Position numbers and translations under genes: made by a program. The notes under the pieces are model-generated. The model was given only the letters and a program-made list of their open reading frames with translations, did not search any database and had not been told where the DNA came from. 64,000 nucleotides of DNA from NCBI GenBank assembly GCA_030770535.1, contig JASVEC010000024.1, forward strand, positions 682,001 to 746,000, written 5' to 3'. This document shows, in pieces, positions 37,609 through 51,918 of this stretch. Position 1 is the first letter of the stretch; every line of letters starts with the position of its first letter. This DNA is from Batkoa obscura. Lineage: Eukaryota.

Positions 37609-39755
37609 GTAGGAGTGTATTTTATGCCCTTTCAAATGTGATTATAACAGAAAGTTGGATATTTTTATCTTTCAATAGTATTATAGTAAGCTTGTTAAAT
37701 ATCAAAAAAAATACAAAAACATAATATTTAAGAATGGAGTAAATAAACTTATTATATTTGATTTTTGGATCTTTTTTTATAATTTTTTGATGTATTGTAA
37801 AAAAAACAATAACATTTTATAACTCGTTTGCAATAGTTTGATTATTGACATAAGCTATGAACTGTATGGTTAAGTCTTATTAGGGTGTAGGAAACTATTA
37901 TAGATGTTAGTATTTCTTTTAGAGGTTAACATTTCAATTTTATCAGCTGTGATAAATATGTGGCATGTTTTTTGTGAGGAACTTAAGCAAGGAAATTCGA
38001 AATTTCAAGTTTCATAAGAAGTAAACAAAATGATCGAAGCGGAAAAAAACACCAGCATTAAAAGCTCAGTTGGTCAGTTTTAAGAATAAGAATATTTTAA
38101 TAAAGTTGCTTTAACAAAGTAACAATATTCCCAATGACTTTTGATCCTATTACAGGTGGCTAGATAAGATAAACGCTATCTTGTCTCTACTCTTTAGAAG
38201 ACGTTTATTTAATATTAAGAGATTAGACATAAATCAAATGACATAGAAAGCCTCAAATATGGTATAGTCATTGATAGCTTAAATAAAGAGCATTTTAAAA
38301 AATTGAAATTATATAAAATAATCTTAATTACTTAATATCTGTAAAGAGAAATAATAATAAATTATTGAAAGATATGAGTTAAAGAGCGAGAATTTAATAT
38401 AGTATGAAAGAATAGATATTGAAGTAATGATCAATAAAAACCACCAAGAAATCCTGTTTAGAAAAAATAATAGATAGTGGGAAACTTTTATGACTAATCT
38501 AAATACCGATAACTAAATTAAGTACATTCAAATTGAAACATAATCAACTAAAATGTATATACTTATTTAAAGGGCTAGTAGTAAAAAAGGAAAAATAATA
38601 ATTAGCTACAAATCTCGTCATTTAGTTCGTATCTATAATATTATAATGAAGAACTATTGAATAGTGATTAATAAAGCCATTGAAATCTCGGGTTTGAAGT
38701 TCATAGTTTACTTTTGTTATAGAAACAAAAATTGAGTAGTTCAACCTCTAATGACATAGCTTATAGATATACATATAGACTTCTAAATAATAATAGAAGT
38801 GTTTATTTTATAGATTGTTATTCTATTTTTATTATAGATATAAATGAAATTCAAAGTTATCATTAAAAGTTAAAATTAGGTAACTGTGGATTGATTAAAT
38901 AGGATGCTATCTGGGATCATACAATGGGCTCAAGGTTTATGATAAGTTTAAATTAGTTATAGCTATAATAAATCATGAAAAACACTAAAACTAGATATAC
39001 ATAAATGTCCAAGTATAACAAATTAAGCTTTGGATCTTTCTAAGATTTTTAAGATTTTATATTTCATTTTAAAAGCCTTCTACTTAATTAAAAATAAAAA
39101 TACTAAAAAATAATATGCGATAGCCTAATATTTTAAATACATAATAATTTGAAAATTGTATTTTTAATAATACATTACTTTTTTACCAAATAGAATAAAA
39201 CTCAAAATGTTAATTTTTTACTAATGAAACTTATATAACAAAATTCTATATTCTCAAACTATAAAATTTTCAAAATAATCTTTATTAACACTTACATAGA
39301 GATCTTTTATTAAAATAGTTATAACACAAATCAACAAGTTTATTTGATACTTTGTTCACTAGATATCTGTATTTGTTAAAATAGCTTTTAAAGTTTTCTC
39401 AAAATCTATATTTTTATAAATCCATTTATACAATCCATGAGAATAAATATTAAAATATAATAAAAACAATTATATAAAATTGATGTGATATACAAAACTC
39501 CTTTTACCTACTATAATGTTTTATTTTGCTAGTAAATTATTTATGTAAAGGCTTAATATTAAAATAGTTTTAATAGTTTTAATAGTTTTGATAGTTTTAA
39601 ATTTTTTGCCAGTCATCAATTTCACTCTAATGATGATTTGATTGAAGTTTTTCTATACAATATTTAATAATTTAATAATAAGCTACTATACAAGATATCA
39701 ATTCAATAGCCACCTCCATTAAGACAATAAATCAGAAACTTTTAGAATTCCATAT

Positions 39756-39853
39756 GGAGGTGTTTTTTTATTTCCTCGCCTTTTCCATTTTTAAAGCGCT
39801 ATTTAAGTAGAAAAGTTGCTAGTAAAATTCTTGGACAAAAAAATACTTTTACC
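39756..39853. mobile_element. Family A MITE, degenerate
   Basis: ATAT-GGAGGTG start and AGCGCTATTTAAG core. Confidence 0.75.
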
Positions 39854-40194
39854 TATCAAAAGATCAGAAGTAAAAAGAGATAATAATAATGACTAGAAGT
39901 ATTAAGTTAAAAGATGAGAATTTGAGTTAGGATATGAAAAAGATGTGAAGTAATAAACACTAAAGCCCTTTAAACATCAGGATTGGATTCAGTATTTTAT
40001 ATTTATGGAAGTAAAGTTAAATAATCAAACCCTTAATAGTATAGTCATTAGTTTATAAATGAAAATTTTATAGTGATGTGTAATCAACTAGAGCATTTTT
40101 AGTTATCAAAAGATCGATAGTAAAAAGAGGTAAAAAGAATCAGAAATATGGGCTAAATGATGAGGACTTAGAATAGCATTTGTTAAAACTACTT

Positions 40195-40294
40195 GGGAAT
40201 ATATTTTTTTGTTTAAGAGTCTTACTAACAATCTTTATACTCCAAACAATGCTTAAAAAATGGAATAAGTGACAAAATCAAAAAAAATCATCCT
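40195..40294. mobile_element. Family A MITE, degenerate
   Basis: GGGAATAT..GTTTAAGAGTCTTACTAACAA..GCTTAAAAAATGGAA. Confidence 0.7.
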
Positions 40295-40877
40295 TTAAAC
40301 TTTAGAATTTAAGTTTGTAGTTTATATTTATGAAAGTGAGGACCAAATGGTCCAGCCTCTAATAATACAGCTACCAGTTTAATACCAAAGTTCCAAAATA
40401 GTATAGAAACTAAATACTAATTAAAGATTATTAAATTCAACTTAAACCTCGGAAATGAAGTTCACAGTTTGTTCCAACTATAGAAACAAACTCTAAAGAA
40501 CCAAACTTCTTAGTGAAATAACTTCCAAATTAACATTAATCTTTAAATAGTAAGGAAGCGAGGATTTAAAATAATATATAAAAGAGCTATTGAATAGCGA
40601 TCACTAAATCCTTTTAATTTCCGGGACTAAAATTCGGAGCTCACATTTGTTTTAGAGATAAAGATAAAACGATTGATCTCTTATTAATATGATTGTTAGT
40701 ATTATCAAGATATTAATAACAATGTAAATATGAGTTGTAAGAGAGAAGTCCTTAAAACCATTTTAATTATGGCTTTAAAAATCAGAGTTTGCATCTATCA
40801 ATGTGAAAATTGAAGGACTTTAATCTCTAGTAGTATAATTATTAGTCTATAGATTTTGAAATTTCAAAATGATATAT

Positions 40878-40973
40878 GGGGGTTTGTTTTGATTTTATTA
40901 CTTTTCCATTTTTTAAGCGCTATTTGAGCGGAAAAATTGGTAGTAAAATTCTTAAACACAAAAATACATCCCC
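40878..40973. mobile_element. Family A MITE
   Basis: ATAT-GGGG...CATCCCC-ATAT. Confidence 0.88.
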
Positions 40974-41827
40974 ATATATTCAACTAAACATCTTTTATCT
41001 CGCTTTTTAACTTAGATACACGATAGTTTATTATCGCCTTTTTTATAAATTTTTAAATAGTCAAAAATATTTAAGAAAAGGAACCAAATATGAATTATTA
41101 GAATCCTTTAAATTCTGGGATTAAGATCCAGAGTTTACATTAGTTATAGAAACAAACACTGAATATCCAAACATTTTAAAAGTATACTTACTAGTTTAAA
41201 GTTAAATTCCAAAATCAATATAAACGAAAGTTATCGAACAACAATTGCTAAAACCATAGAAACTCGGATCTGATACCAGAAGTTAGAATTGTATAAAAAC
41301 TTAAGTCAGGTGATCGAATCTTTGTTAGTTAGCTATTATATTAACTTTGGTGTTTTTAAATAGTAATCAAAAAACTATTAACAAATAATAGTTAGACTAA
41401 TACTAATTCTAGATAAAAATTAAAAAACTGAAATAATCAAAATTAACGTGTAAAATTAATACAACTTATAACATTTAGCATTCCAGTTTTTCTTACCAGA
41501 TAAAAAACTGATTTATATGTAATGCAAATAAATTTCAAGACCTTGCTAGTTAAATGCAAACTTTAACAATGACAAGTACGTTTATATACTTGATCAAAGG
41601 GGTTAGGAAGGTTTTGTTGATATTTGTTAAAAGCTGATTCTATGTTTTTCTATAAGTATTTAATTATGTACATAAACTTAAGATAATATATCATTTTAAG
41701 TAAAGCTTCAATTTTATTAAATGTAATACGAAAATCATTATATAATTTATTTATGTTAAGTTGAAATAGAAAAAAAGATTGATTAAAGAATAGTATCATC
41801 AATTTTAATAATAAAAAATGTATATGA

Positions 41828-41898
41828 TGCGTACACTGGGAATCGAACCCAGGCCACTTCTTTGGAAGAGAAGTATTCTACCTCTATACTATGTACGC
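41828..41898 (-). tRNA. tRNA-Gly(TCC)
   Basis: Reverse complement gives acceptor GCGTACA/TGTACGC, anticodon arm CTTCT-CTTCCAA-AGAAG, GGTTCGATTCC. Confidence 0.95.
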
Positions 41899-42014
41899 TC
41901 TTCTTACCATTCATAATTGTTAAAATAATTTTAAACCTTTAAAAAATTTTGTGCACTTTAGAGTTGAAAATAGTGTTTTTTAAAATAAAAAATCAAGGGC
42001 TAAATTTTTGATAT

Positions 42015-42112
42015 GGGAGTATTTTTTTGACTTCATTATTTTTTCCATTTTTTAAGCACTATTTAAGCGGAAAATTTGTTAGTAAAATCCTTAAACACAA
42101 AAATACATCCCT
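42015..42112. mobile_element. Family A MITE
   Basis: ATAT-GGGAG...ATCCCT-ATAT. Confidence 0.85.
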
Positions 42113-43729
42113 ATATAGCGTAATTATAGTATTGAATCAGTTTGATTATTTTATATTCAATATTAAATAACCGGGTTGATTTTAGATGTTAAATGGCTAT
42201 TTATATAGGTTATAAATTGATATATAAGCTGATGATACTAAAAGCTATCAGCTAATAACCACTAAACCCATTTTAACTTCAGGATTGATACTCAAGTTTA
42301 GACTTTATAGAAATAAAAATCAAAAGATTAAATCTTATTAATACAGCTATTAGTCTAATTTTATAGTGACAAAGAATAAAGAAAAGCTACGTAACAACAG
42401 TTTTCATAAATTGGGATTGAAATCAGTAGTTTACACTTATGAAAGTAAAAGTTGAATAGACTATAACCTTCATTAATATGACTATTAGATTAATATTAGT
42501 CTTCTAAATAGTAATCAAAGTGATTGACTATAAATAAATATTGGAATAAATATTGAAATAATATCAACTTTATTTCTATTTATAATTGATAATAAGTTAA
42601 AATTAGAATATTAAAAGCTTTGATTAAAACTGGGATTTATGTTAAGCTATTGTATATAGAAATGATAAAATGATTTAATAATTATTCAAACTTCACAATG
42701 AAAATAAGAGAACTTTTTTTCATAGGCCTTTTTTATTAGTTTGGTAAAATATTATCATTATTTTTATAATATAATTAGCTTGTTTTATCAGCCTTTATTT
42801 GAATTTTAGAGATTTCAAGTAATGGTGAGCTCACTAATTCTATAAAATTGGGCTAAATTTAAGAAAATGTGTTTAGTTTTACACTTAATCAGAATAAAAA
42901 GTTGTCATTAGTGAGTTAATTTAATTATTACAAAAAATAAGATTATGATAGAGATAGGTTAAGTATTTTTTAATACTTATTTGAAATTCCAATTGAATAA
43001 AGTGGATTCATGAACTTCACTAAAAGTATAACATTGTATACTATAGTTTAAATTTATATTAAAATTGTTGCCTAATGAATGTTATTATTTTATTTCATCT
43101 GGATACTCGTAATAAAAAATTAAGTGAGTATTCTAACATGTTAGCTTCTATTATTAAATATCACTTGCTTAGTTAATATTCGTAATCGAAGCCATTATTT
43201 TTAATAAAATTGTGTTAGATTTCATGTGATATATGGCTTTAAAATATGAGATTATTTCTTAAATAGTAAACAATTATTGAATTTATTTATTTATTCGAGA
43301 TAAGACTAGTAATGAGAGGGGTTTTTTATTAACAGTATAATATTATGATTTATTAACTAATTGATATTCAATTTTGATAATATTGATAAATAATTTAGTC
43401 AAAAAAATAAATTGTTCTAAAAATAACTCAGCAGTTTAACCCTTGCCACTAATCTTACCAACCAAAAAAAGAACTCAATTTTCCGTTTAACAAATAAAGT
43501 CTTTTACTTTTATTGGTTAAAATCTTTACTTATTTCCCCATCCACTTCAAATAGGCTAATAAGTTTTTGCAAAGACTGAAATTAATCTCCGAGTAAATCT
43601 ATAGTTGAAACCACACTTAATAAAAATCAAATCAATTAGTTGATCAATTAATTTTTTAAAATTTTAATCAATTTTAACTTAACAACTGAAAAAGATAATA
43701 ACTTATCCATCATAATAGTAACAATAATA

Positions 43730-44839
43730 ATGGAACTTAGTACCTCACATCGTTCACCCTCCCATTTAAACCGACCAGTTATCTCGTCCCCACTCCTTCC
43801 TGATGTTGAATTAGCCCGTTCGAACACCGTCAATTACTCCCCTAAGCCAACCTCCCATACTGTGATCCGACGACCACGAGCCAATGTTCGTCGTTCACAA
43901 ACAATAAGTCAAGTTTTTGATTTATCCCCATTAGATAATCTATCTAGTTCACCAATGGCTACTGCTATCTTTGCTAATAATGAAAAACCATTGGCAACAA
44001 AAACATTTTTAAATCGACATCTTAAAAATAAGACTTCACAATCTTCATTGAGTTTAAGTAGAAGTCCTTCTATTAGAGAAGGAAAAGAGGGAAGTAAGGA
44101 AGAAAATGGTGGATTAAAGGTGGAAATTGCTTTTTTGGATATGCATGCTTCTCTTCAAGCAGAATATTGTTTTGAAAGAACTAAGGTAAGATTTTATTTT
44201 AAGAAAAGTAATAATTTAGATTAATTGAATTTTCTTTAGCCTTTGGTACATAACGGACGATACTTATTAAAAAGAGGATTATTAAAATTAAAGAAAAAAG
44301 AGGATTTTCCATTAGTTTATGTAAGTTTAAAATATGTCCCTGAAAATGAATAATGGGTATTAATAAGCTATTTTTTTATAATCTTTTAGATCTTTTTATT
44401 CAGTGATTGTTTAGTTTATGGTACTTCGCCTGATGGCCAACCACAAGGTTTAACAGAACAAAAGATATTTAATTTTATGGATTTAAAATTAGATTCTAAT
44501 TTAGGTAACTATACGATATTTTCATTTAATCAATATTGATATTAATAAGCTCAATTGATAGTTGAAGGCAACACTTTCAGTCTCACACATCACGATGAAA
44601 TTTTAACTTTTGAAGCAACAGATAGGGAAGAATGTGAACGATGGGTTATGGTAATTCAAAGCGGTATTACATTTCATTGTACCTTAAGTCAAAGAAAAGC
44701 AAAAGAAGTATCTATCAGTACAGCTCACTCAAGGAAAAATTCAATATCTAGTTTAAATTCGGTACTTAATGGGGATAAATTATCAAGAAGAAGTTCGTTT
44801 TATAATTCATTAAAAGAATTGGTGGGTACTTTTATTTAA
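43730..44839 (+). CDS. PH-domain protein with S/P-rich N-terminus, 4 exons
   Basis: PLVHNGRYLLKRGLL..IFLFSDCLVYG..LTFEATDREECERW, a RhoGEF-type PH domain; GT-AG introns starting at 44186, about 44321 and about 44505. Confidence 0.75.
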
Positions 44840-45424
44840 ATAAAGACAAACAAAATGAAGTGGAAAGTAGAGGATAAGAAACAAAGAATTGAAAGAAGAT
44901 AAAGTGACAAAGGGATGGAAATTCAAGAAAGATAACAAGAAGAGGGCATATACATATTGTAACTAATATTTTTTTATTGTGTAATTTTGTTTTTTAATCA
45001 ATTAATATCAAGTTTTTAATGATTATTATCGTATTTTTATTTTTGTAATAAAAGAGTTATTTTAAAAAAATTAATCGTATTTTGGTGTATTCCATACTTT
45101 TTTTGATTATACAGAAAAGAACAAGTTTGATTTATTAAGATGTAAAAAGTTCAAGAAAAGTAAATTGAGATAAAAATGAAGTTCAAAGTAATTAAATAAG
45201 TCAAGTTACTTTACTAACTGGTTTCCAGTCCAGTATTTGGAGTTGGAATAGCTATCTAGAGTTTGGTTTAATGCACATACAAGTAGTTGAATTCTTTAAC
45301 TAAAAGTTCTTCTCATTCAATTATTATAACAAATGAGTAAAGAGGGAAGCGTTCGATGAATTATGTGTGTTATATATAAAGGCGAATTATAATAAACAAC
45401 TTTAATTTCAAAAAAGTAGTATAT

Positions 45425-45520
45425 AGGCATGTTTTTTTGACGATTACTTTTTCCATTTTTTGAGCACTATTTGAGTGGAAAAATTGTTAGTAAAATTCTT
45501 AAACACAAAAATACATCTCC
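45425..45520. mobile_element. Family A MITE
   Basis: Core match with flanking ATAT/ATAT. Confidence 0.82.
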
Positions 45521-45616
45521 ATATTATTTGTTAATTGAAAGGTTAATTCAAATATTAAAATTGCAATAAATTAAGGAATGTACTTAAATAAATATTATTA
45601 ATTAAACTTTTTATTT

Positions 45617-45761
45617 TTATTTTGAATCTTCAAACAAGGTTGATAATGTAATATGAATAGCATTTTCAACTCCTTTTAATTCACATAAAGTTTGAAATTG
45701 AGATGTTAATTTAAGTAATAGATTAGTTTTAGATGAGATATTAATAAGATCTAAAATAGGT

Positions 45762-45817
<56 letters not shown>

Positions 45818-46965
45818 CTCTTATTATTTAATTTGGATAATAAATTATTATAAATTATTACTTGATTTTCTTCATTAATATTTAATTGATAAATTAAATT
45901 GAGTTCCAAAGTAGGATCACTAAATATTAGAAATAAATCAATTTTTTTATAAAATATAAAGTATAAAATAATTTCAAACAAATAACTTACTTTGGATCAA
46001 TAAACATAACAATAGCATCGGTCCCATAAAGATATGGATTACAATATTTTTTTTGATTTTGACGTATATTGTTCATACTACTTTTTCTTTTACTAAATAG
46101 CTGATCATATTTCTTTAAGACTTCAAAAAATAACGGTAAATTGCAACTAAATTCACACCTAAAAATATCAATTACTATTGTCAATAAATGATATAATAAA
46201 TAATAAATAATAAATAATAAATAATAGAAAACTCCTCTTATTTACCTTTTTAAAAACCCATTAATTTCATTATTTAATCCACCATTAATTTGAATTTTTA
46301 AATTTTTAACTTTAGATTGCTTATCCATAATGATACTATCAAAACTTAAATGAAATCTTATATTTGTAAAATGACCTGATAACTCATAAGCTTCGCCTAA
46401 ATCAACATAATTTAGTAACCCATTGTATATACAATTACAAATAATATATATTATTTACCATCTTTATCTTTTAAAGGCAATTTATCAAATTCAGTAAACT
46501 TTAATTGAAATTGATGTTCCGAAATTTGTAACTATTAATAAAATCAATTAAATAATACAATACATAAATAATATAGTGAATTTACAATCGTTTTTAAATT
46601 CTGTATTCTTTTATTTTTATCCATTTCACTTGGTAATACCATAGGTAAATCTAATCCTGTTAAATAATGATTCGTTCCTAATAAATCACTATAAAGATAA
46701 AACAAATAAATAAACAGAATAATATAATAAAATTAATTTACTATTTAAACAATAATGACATTTAATACTTATTTATTTACTTAACTTACATTATTTGTTC
46801 GATATCTTGAATCGATATTTTATTTTGAATAACTACTCTATTCCATAATAGTAAATTAGTTAATACTTCTATTTCATTATGTTCTTGTTTTATTTTTTGT
46901 TGCAATTGTTGTTTTAGATTTAATAATTTTGATGTTATTTGTTCTATATTGTCTGTTTCTTCCAT
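45617..46965 (-). CDS. CENP-P/Ctf19-like kinetochore protein, multi-exon
   Basis: N-terminal coiled coil; NLPLFFEVLKKY..RK, PTLELNLIYQLNINEENQV..NLLSK and QFQTLCELKGVENAIHITL resemble the CENP-P C-terminal RWD region. Confidence 0.65.
45763..45812. repeat. (TAA)n microsatellite, intronic
   Basis: About 16 TAA units in the last intron of the CENP-P-like gene. Confidence 0.95.
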
Positions 46966-47455
46966 CTTTGTTGAATTTGAGATGAGTATTGAGCTAATTT
47001 CAGTAAAAATAAGAATTAATAGAAATTTTAATTATTAAATTCCTATTAATTGATTTAGCCAATAGATTAAAATTAAACTTCATCCCTTATTTCTTTGTTG
47101 AATCCTTATTATAATATAGATTTTTAAGTATAAATTTTGTAATAAAAAACAATCTAATAAAGCACTAGTTTATATTCTAAAGTTCTATTATAAATTAACT
47201 AATATGAGCTAACTATTTTATTTTAATCATTCTGATTTAACTATTTCTAAAATTATAAACTATGTTTCATCAAGTTAAATTAAAGTTGAATAATTTAAAA
47301 ACTATTGAATAAGTATTGTTAAAATACTTATCGACTACATCATCAATTTTAATTAATAAGTATATATATAAATAGATCATTAAATCATTCGACTTTAATT
47401 GAAACACTTAAATTTAATAATTAAGTCATAAAATTTTTATTTTTTACTGTTTTAA

Positions 47456-48545
47456 TTATTCTTTGTCTTCATCTTCATCTTCCTCATTCTTATTCTCTTT
47501 CTCTTCTTTAGGTGGTGGTGGTACATTTTTTAAATAATCAATTTCCAATTTTAAATTCTGTATAGCCAAATCCACTTGTAGTTTACTATTAACTAAATTA
47601 TTCCATTCCATTTCTAATTCCTTTAATTTATCTCCTATTTCGAGCTAAATGATAATAATAATATAAGAATAAATAAATTAATATACATTTAATAATAGTA
47701 ATAAAAAATAAAAATAAAAATAAAATGGTAGTATTAAAAATAGAAAATAAACTCTCTTACCTGTTCCAATTTTCGATTTTTATGAATATTTAATGTATTT
47801 TCTTTTACTGCTTCTAACTCTCTTTTAATTCCCTTTTCCATTTTATCTAATAAGTAATTATGATATTTCCAACCATTAATTGAATAAGTTTGCATGAGTT
47901 CTTGATTTAATAAACTATAAAATAGAATTCATTTAGTTAATTTTATTCTAATCTCATCTCATCTCATTTCATTTCTATAGCAACAATGATATAAAATAAA
48001 ACCCATTAACTTACCTCAATTCCATATGTTCTAATTGGGCTTTTGAATTATCTGCTGCCGATTTCCATTCGGACAAAATACTTTTCTCTAATCCCTTTTT
48101 CATTTCTTTAATCTTTGGTTCTTTTAATGTATATCGACTAGTTTCTAATCCTTTTAATTTCTGTCTTTTTTCTACTCGATTAATTTCTTTTTTTAACAAT
48201 TCATCATGCTAAAAACCAAAACAATATTTTATTTAATTATCTTTCAATGGACATTAAATTTACCTCAAATAGATTGATGTTAACTGGTAATTCGGTATGC
48301 TCTTTATAACTATTATTAGGGCGTGTCATCTCTTGTTCAATTAAATGATTCACTTGTAATTGAATTTCTATAAATAAATAAAATTAAATTATTGCAATTA
48401 CTAAAATTCCTTTTCTACCTTCGTCTTCATAATGTTTATCAATATCTAACAAAAATAAGTTGATTAATAAATCATCTAAGACTCGATTTTATTTTATTAT
48501 TAACTTACATGGAAGTGAATCTAAACTACTATCAATTTCAGCCAT
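47456..48545 (-). CDS. SPF27: Pre-mRNA splicing factor BCAS2/Spf27 (Prp19 complex), about 6 exons
   Basis: LDSLP, HLIEQEM, TSRYTLKEP, W..AADNSKAQLEHMELR, NQELMQTYS.NGW.YHN, HKNRKLEQ. Confidence 0.88.
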
Positions 48546-49067
48546 TTCCTATGAATTTTTTATTTATTAAGCTGAAACTTATCGAACTTGGTGCTGAGAA
48601 ATAAAATTTTATTTTTGAGTTGATTTAGTTTACCTTGAAATAAATCGAAGCATTTGAATTATAGCCTATAATCATCAAGTTGAAATTCTCATTTTTATAA
48701 AAAACAATTTTTAATTTTTAAACTTAAAAAGTGGAATATCTGAACTTTTAGTAAAAATAGCTTTTATAATTTTTTTATTCGTTTTTATATATTAATATGG
48801 GGACTTGAATTAACTAAGAATATCTAATGTGTTATATATAAAATAATCAAACTTTTTAGCTATATCAATGTAATCTTACACAGTTACTAAATAATCCTAA
48901 TTTGAAGCCTATAAAATTATTTTTGAAGCTCTCTATTTGAGCTTATACAAACAAAAAGGTTTCAAAACAATTTGATAAAACTGTTGCTTTACTTAGTAAA
49001 GCGCAAAAAATACTCTTAAATAAAGTAGCAATCGTGTTAAATTACTTTAAAATCTCTATTTATATAT

Positions 49068-49162
49068 GGGGGTGTATTTTTTTGTTTAAGAATTTATTAC
49101 ATCTTTCCACTCAAGTAGCGCTTAAAAAATGGAAAAATAATGAAACTAAAAAAAACAGTCCC
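49068..49162. mobile_element. Family A MITE, same subvariant as 53306-53400
   Basis: ATAT TSD; AATTTATTACATCTTTCCACTCAAGTAGCGC variant core. Confidence 0.88.
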
Positions 49163-49770
49163 ATATCTTTAGTTTATATTTCTCACTTTAGAACTATTTA
49201 TATTAGGAATAAGTGATGTTGTCTGAAAGAGTAATTTTGATTATATATATTATCAAAAACTAGTAAGTTTTATGACCAAATTGTTTTTTAGGAATAATGA
49301 TATAGTTAAAAGATCTATTTTTGTAGCTTGAATATAAAAATTGTGTTAAAATAAGATGAATATTATTTTAAAATTTTGTCTTTTTGAAAATTTGCTCTTT
49401 TTTCTGCTCAATAATACTTAAAAATAGAAAAAAAATGAAACCAAAAATACTTTTAAATTTCATAGTAAAATATTAAAACATTTGATAGAAACTTGAGGTT
49501 AGAGTCTTTTGTTAAAGCTAAATGATTATCTACCTATTCAAAATTTTGATGATCTTTCAGTTTTTTTCTAGCATTTTTAACTTTAATAAACTAAACCTTT
49601 GCATAAGTGTAAATAGAGAAAAAAATCACCATATAAGGAAATTAAATTTTATTAAAAACTAAAGCTCACTGACCCAATCAAAGCCATAAAAAAACACATC
49701 AACATCCTACTTCTTATCCAATACACCTAAAAAATAAAAAGGTACAATATAACACTACTTCATTTACCTA

Positions 49771-51225
49771 TTAAGTCAAAAAACTGAACGGTGTTATCAC
49801 TATAGAGGTTAAATCAAAGTGAAACAGGGGCCTATTAACCCTGCCATAAATCAGTGAAAGTAATGGAATACCTACTGATAGTCCTAGCCAGAATAGAGCG
49901 TTTCCAAGCCAAGGTCTAGCCATAACAATTTTTGAACTCATAAGGTAAATGATAGGTAATTGGGCCATTTGAAAAAGAAAGAAAACGATAGTGAGCTGAG
50001 AAAAAGTAGTTGCCATAGCGATCTCATGCAATACAGCTGATATTAAAAAGGTCAAAAACACGCTCATTTTTTTTGAAACCCCAGCTTTAACAAAAGGAAC
50101 ATAAACGTGGTATTTAAGAAAACGGTGGACTGGTTTGTTCCATTTATTGGAGTATTCTAAGAAACTAGTGCTATTCCACCAATCATCATAAAAATTACGA
50201 TCCGCATAACGCGTGATTTCAGCAAACCCATTGCATACACACTCAAATACAATGTAAAATACCAATATATGTATTATAATGAATGGGATCGTTAATCGAA
50301 TCCATAATTCAAATAAAGAATCTTGGTTTGCTGAGTCATACAAGGGAATTAAATAATGCTCTACACTTATGTAGACTAAACCTACGGTACCAAAAGAGGC
50401 TAATATCTTTTCAGCTACATACCAATATCTGATCCTAATAAAAATGGTTAATTTTTGTATTTTAATTTAAAAATCATGATCTTACTTTTCAATTCTGGGG
50501 TATTCAAGCTGATAAATGAAACAAGGAATCAAATAATAATCAACTAAATTAGAGATTGTAATATTTTGTGGATACGTTGAATTTCCAGAGTTGAACGATA
50601 GCTTTTCTTGAAAATTTTTCATCACTTCTAAATCCATTTTACCATCATCACTCTTTTTCTTAATTTTCATATATTCTTGATACGATTTATAAAGATCCCT
50701 ATTAACTTCATTATAGCTATGCATTTTCATAAGCATCACCATGCTATGTAAGATGAATACTGCTTTTTGTACAAAGTACCATTCTCTATTAAATCATATT
50801 AAATTTTCATTTGGAGATTTAAAAATTTAGAAATACCTAGTAAAACACCAAATCGCACACCCCAAAACAAAGGCTACTTCACTTACTATCTGTATCCCTA
50901 AAGCCCATTTCCTATTCTTAAAACAATTCCTTGAGACCAAAAACTGTAATAAAAAACAACTTGTTGAGCATAATAACATGATTCCGTCTGACAAAATTAA
51001 ATTGATCATATCTTCCGATAACATATTTAATGTCACCATTCCAATTGCTGTTCCAGTATCCTTCCAATATAAAATAGATGTTTGTAATAAATAATAAGCC
51101 ATGATGATCCAAAACAAAGTAAAGAAACCACGTAAGGGGCTTTTCAGATCAAACATTGATTCTCGTTCTAAATAGGAGCTTATAAATCGCTGCTCTTCTT
51201 TTACCACTTCCTTTAGTTTCTCCAT
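49771..51225 (-). CDS. MBOAT sterol O-acyltransferase (Are1/Are2, ACAT/DGAT1 family), 3 exons
   Basis: LRGFFTLFW, MKMHSY, YPQNIT, YQLEYPR, FAEITRYADRNFYDDWWNS, WNKPVH, SAVLHE catalytic His. Confidence 0.92.
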
Positions 51226-51918
51226 AGTTTTTAATGAAATCAGGAATTTAAAAAACTAAAAGATTGGAATCTTTAGGTTTGTTAATTTATAAGGGGCCAA
51301 TAAACTTATAGGGGTTTGTAATCTAACTAAGAACTTTGGCATATTGAAAAAAGATTAAGTTTGATTGGCTTATTTTTTGGATTTGGATTTTTGTGTTACT
51401 TGTTAGAAACTTAATTTAAGGTTAATTGTAAAGTGTTCCGAGTATAATATATTCAATATAACAGTAATATGTTCTTGGGGCTTCTTTAAATTAATTGTGT
51501 TTGTACACTGGGTTTATCATTGTCTTTTTTATTTAATTCTTTTTTTTAGTTGTTTATTATTACTTAAACTAACCCAGCAGCTAAGCATCCAAGCATTTTT
51601 TCATTAACATTAATGCAAGGGATAACAATCTCATTTTTATGTCAAACAGATCTGAAAATTTAAACAGTAATGAAATTATTGATGATTATGTACTCCATTA
51701 TGAATTTATAGATTGAATTAAAAATTAAAAATTAGTTTGGTCTACTTTATAGTAAATACTCTTATGAAAATGGAACAGTAATTAATCAAGTATTAAATAG
51801 TGTTTTTATTGAGTCAAATTTTAAAAGAAACTAAAATAAATACATCAAATAAATCCAATAAGAAATTAAATTAAGATGAAAGAAGCAATTAAAGTATGAA
51901 AACTTAGTAGTTATATAT

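Larger units (their letters stand above)
38640..42520. repeat. Field of degenerate same-orientation ~110-160-bp repeats (about 9-10 copies)
   Basis: Recurrent motif like CTATTGAA..CTAAA.CC.TT.AA...(C/T)GGGA(T/C)T.AA.TTC..AGTTTA...TATAGAAACAAA near 38650, 39960, 40300, 40440, 40590, 41100, 41230, 42245, 42400. Confidence 0.55.

Noticed and set aside
45763..45981. Poly-Tyr protein
   Set aside because: The poly-Y comes from an intronic (TAA)n microsatellite; only the middle is a real exon of the CENP-P-like gene
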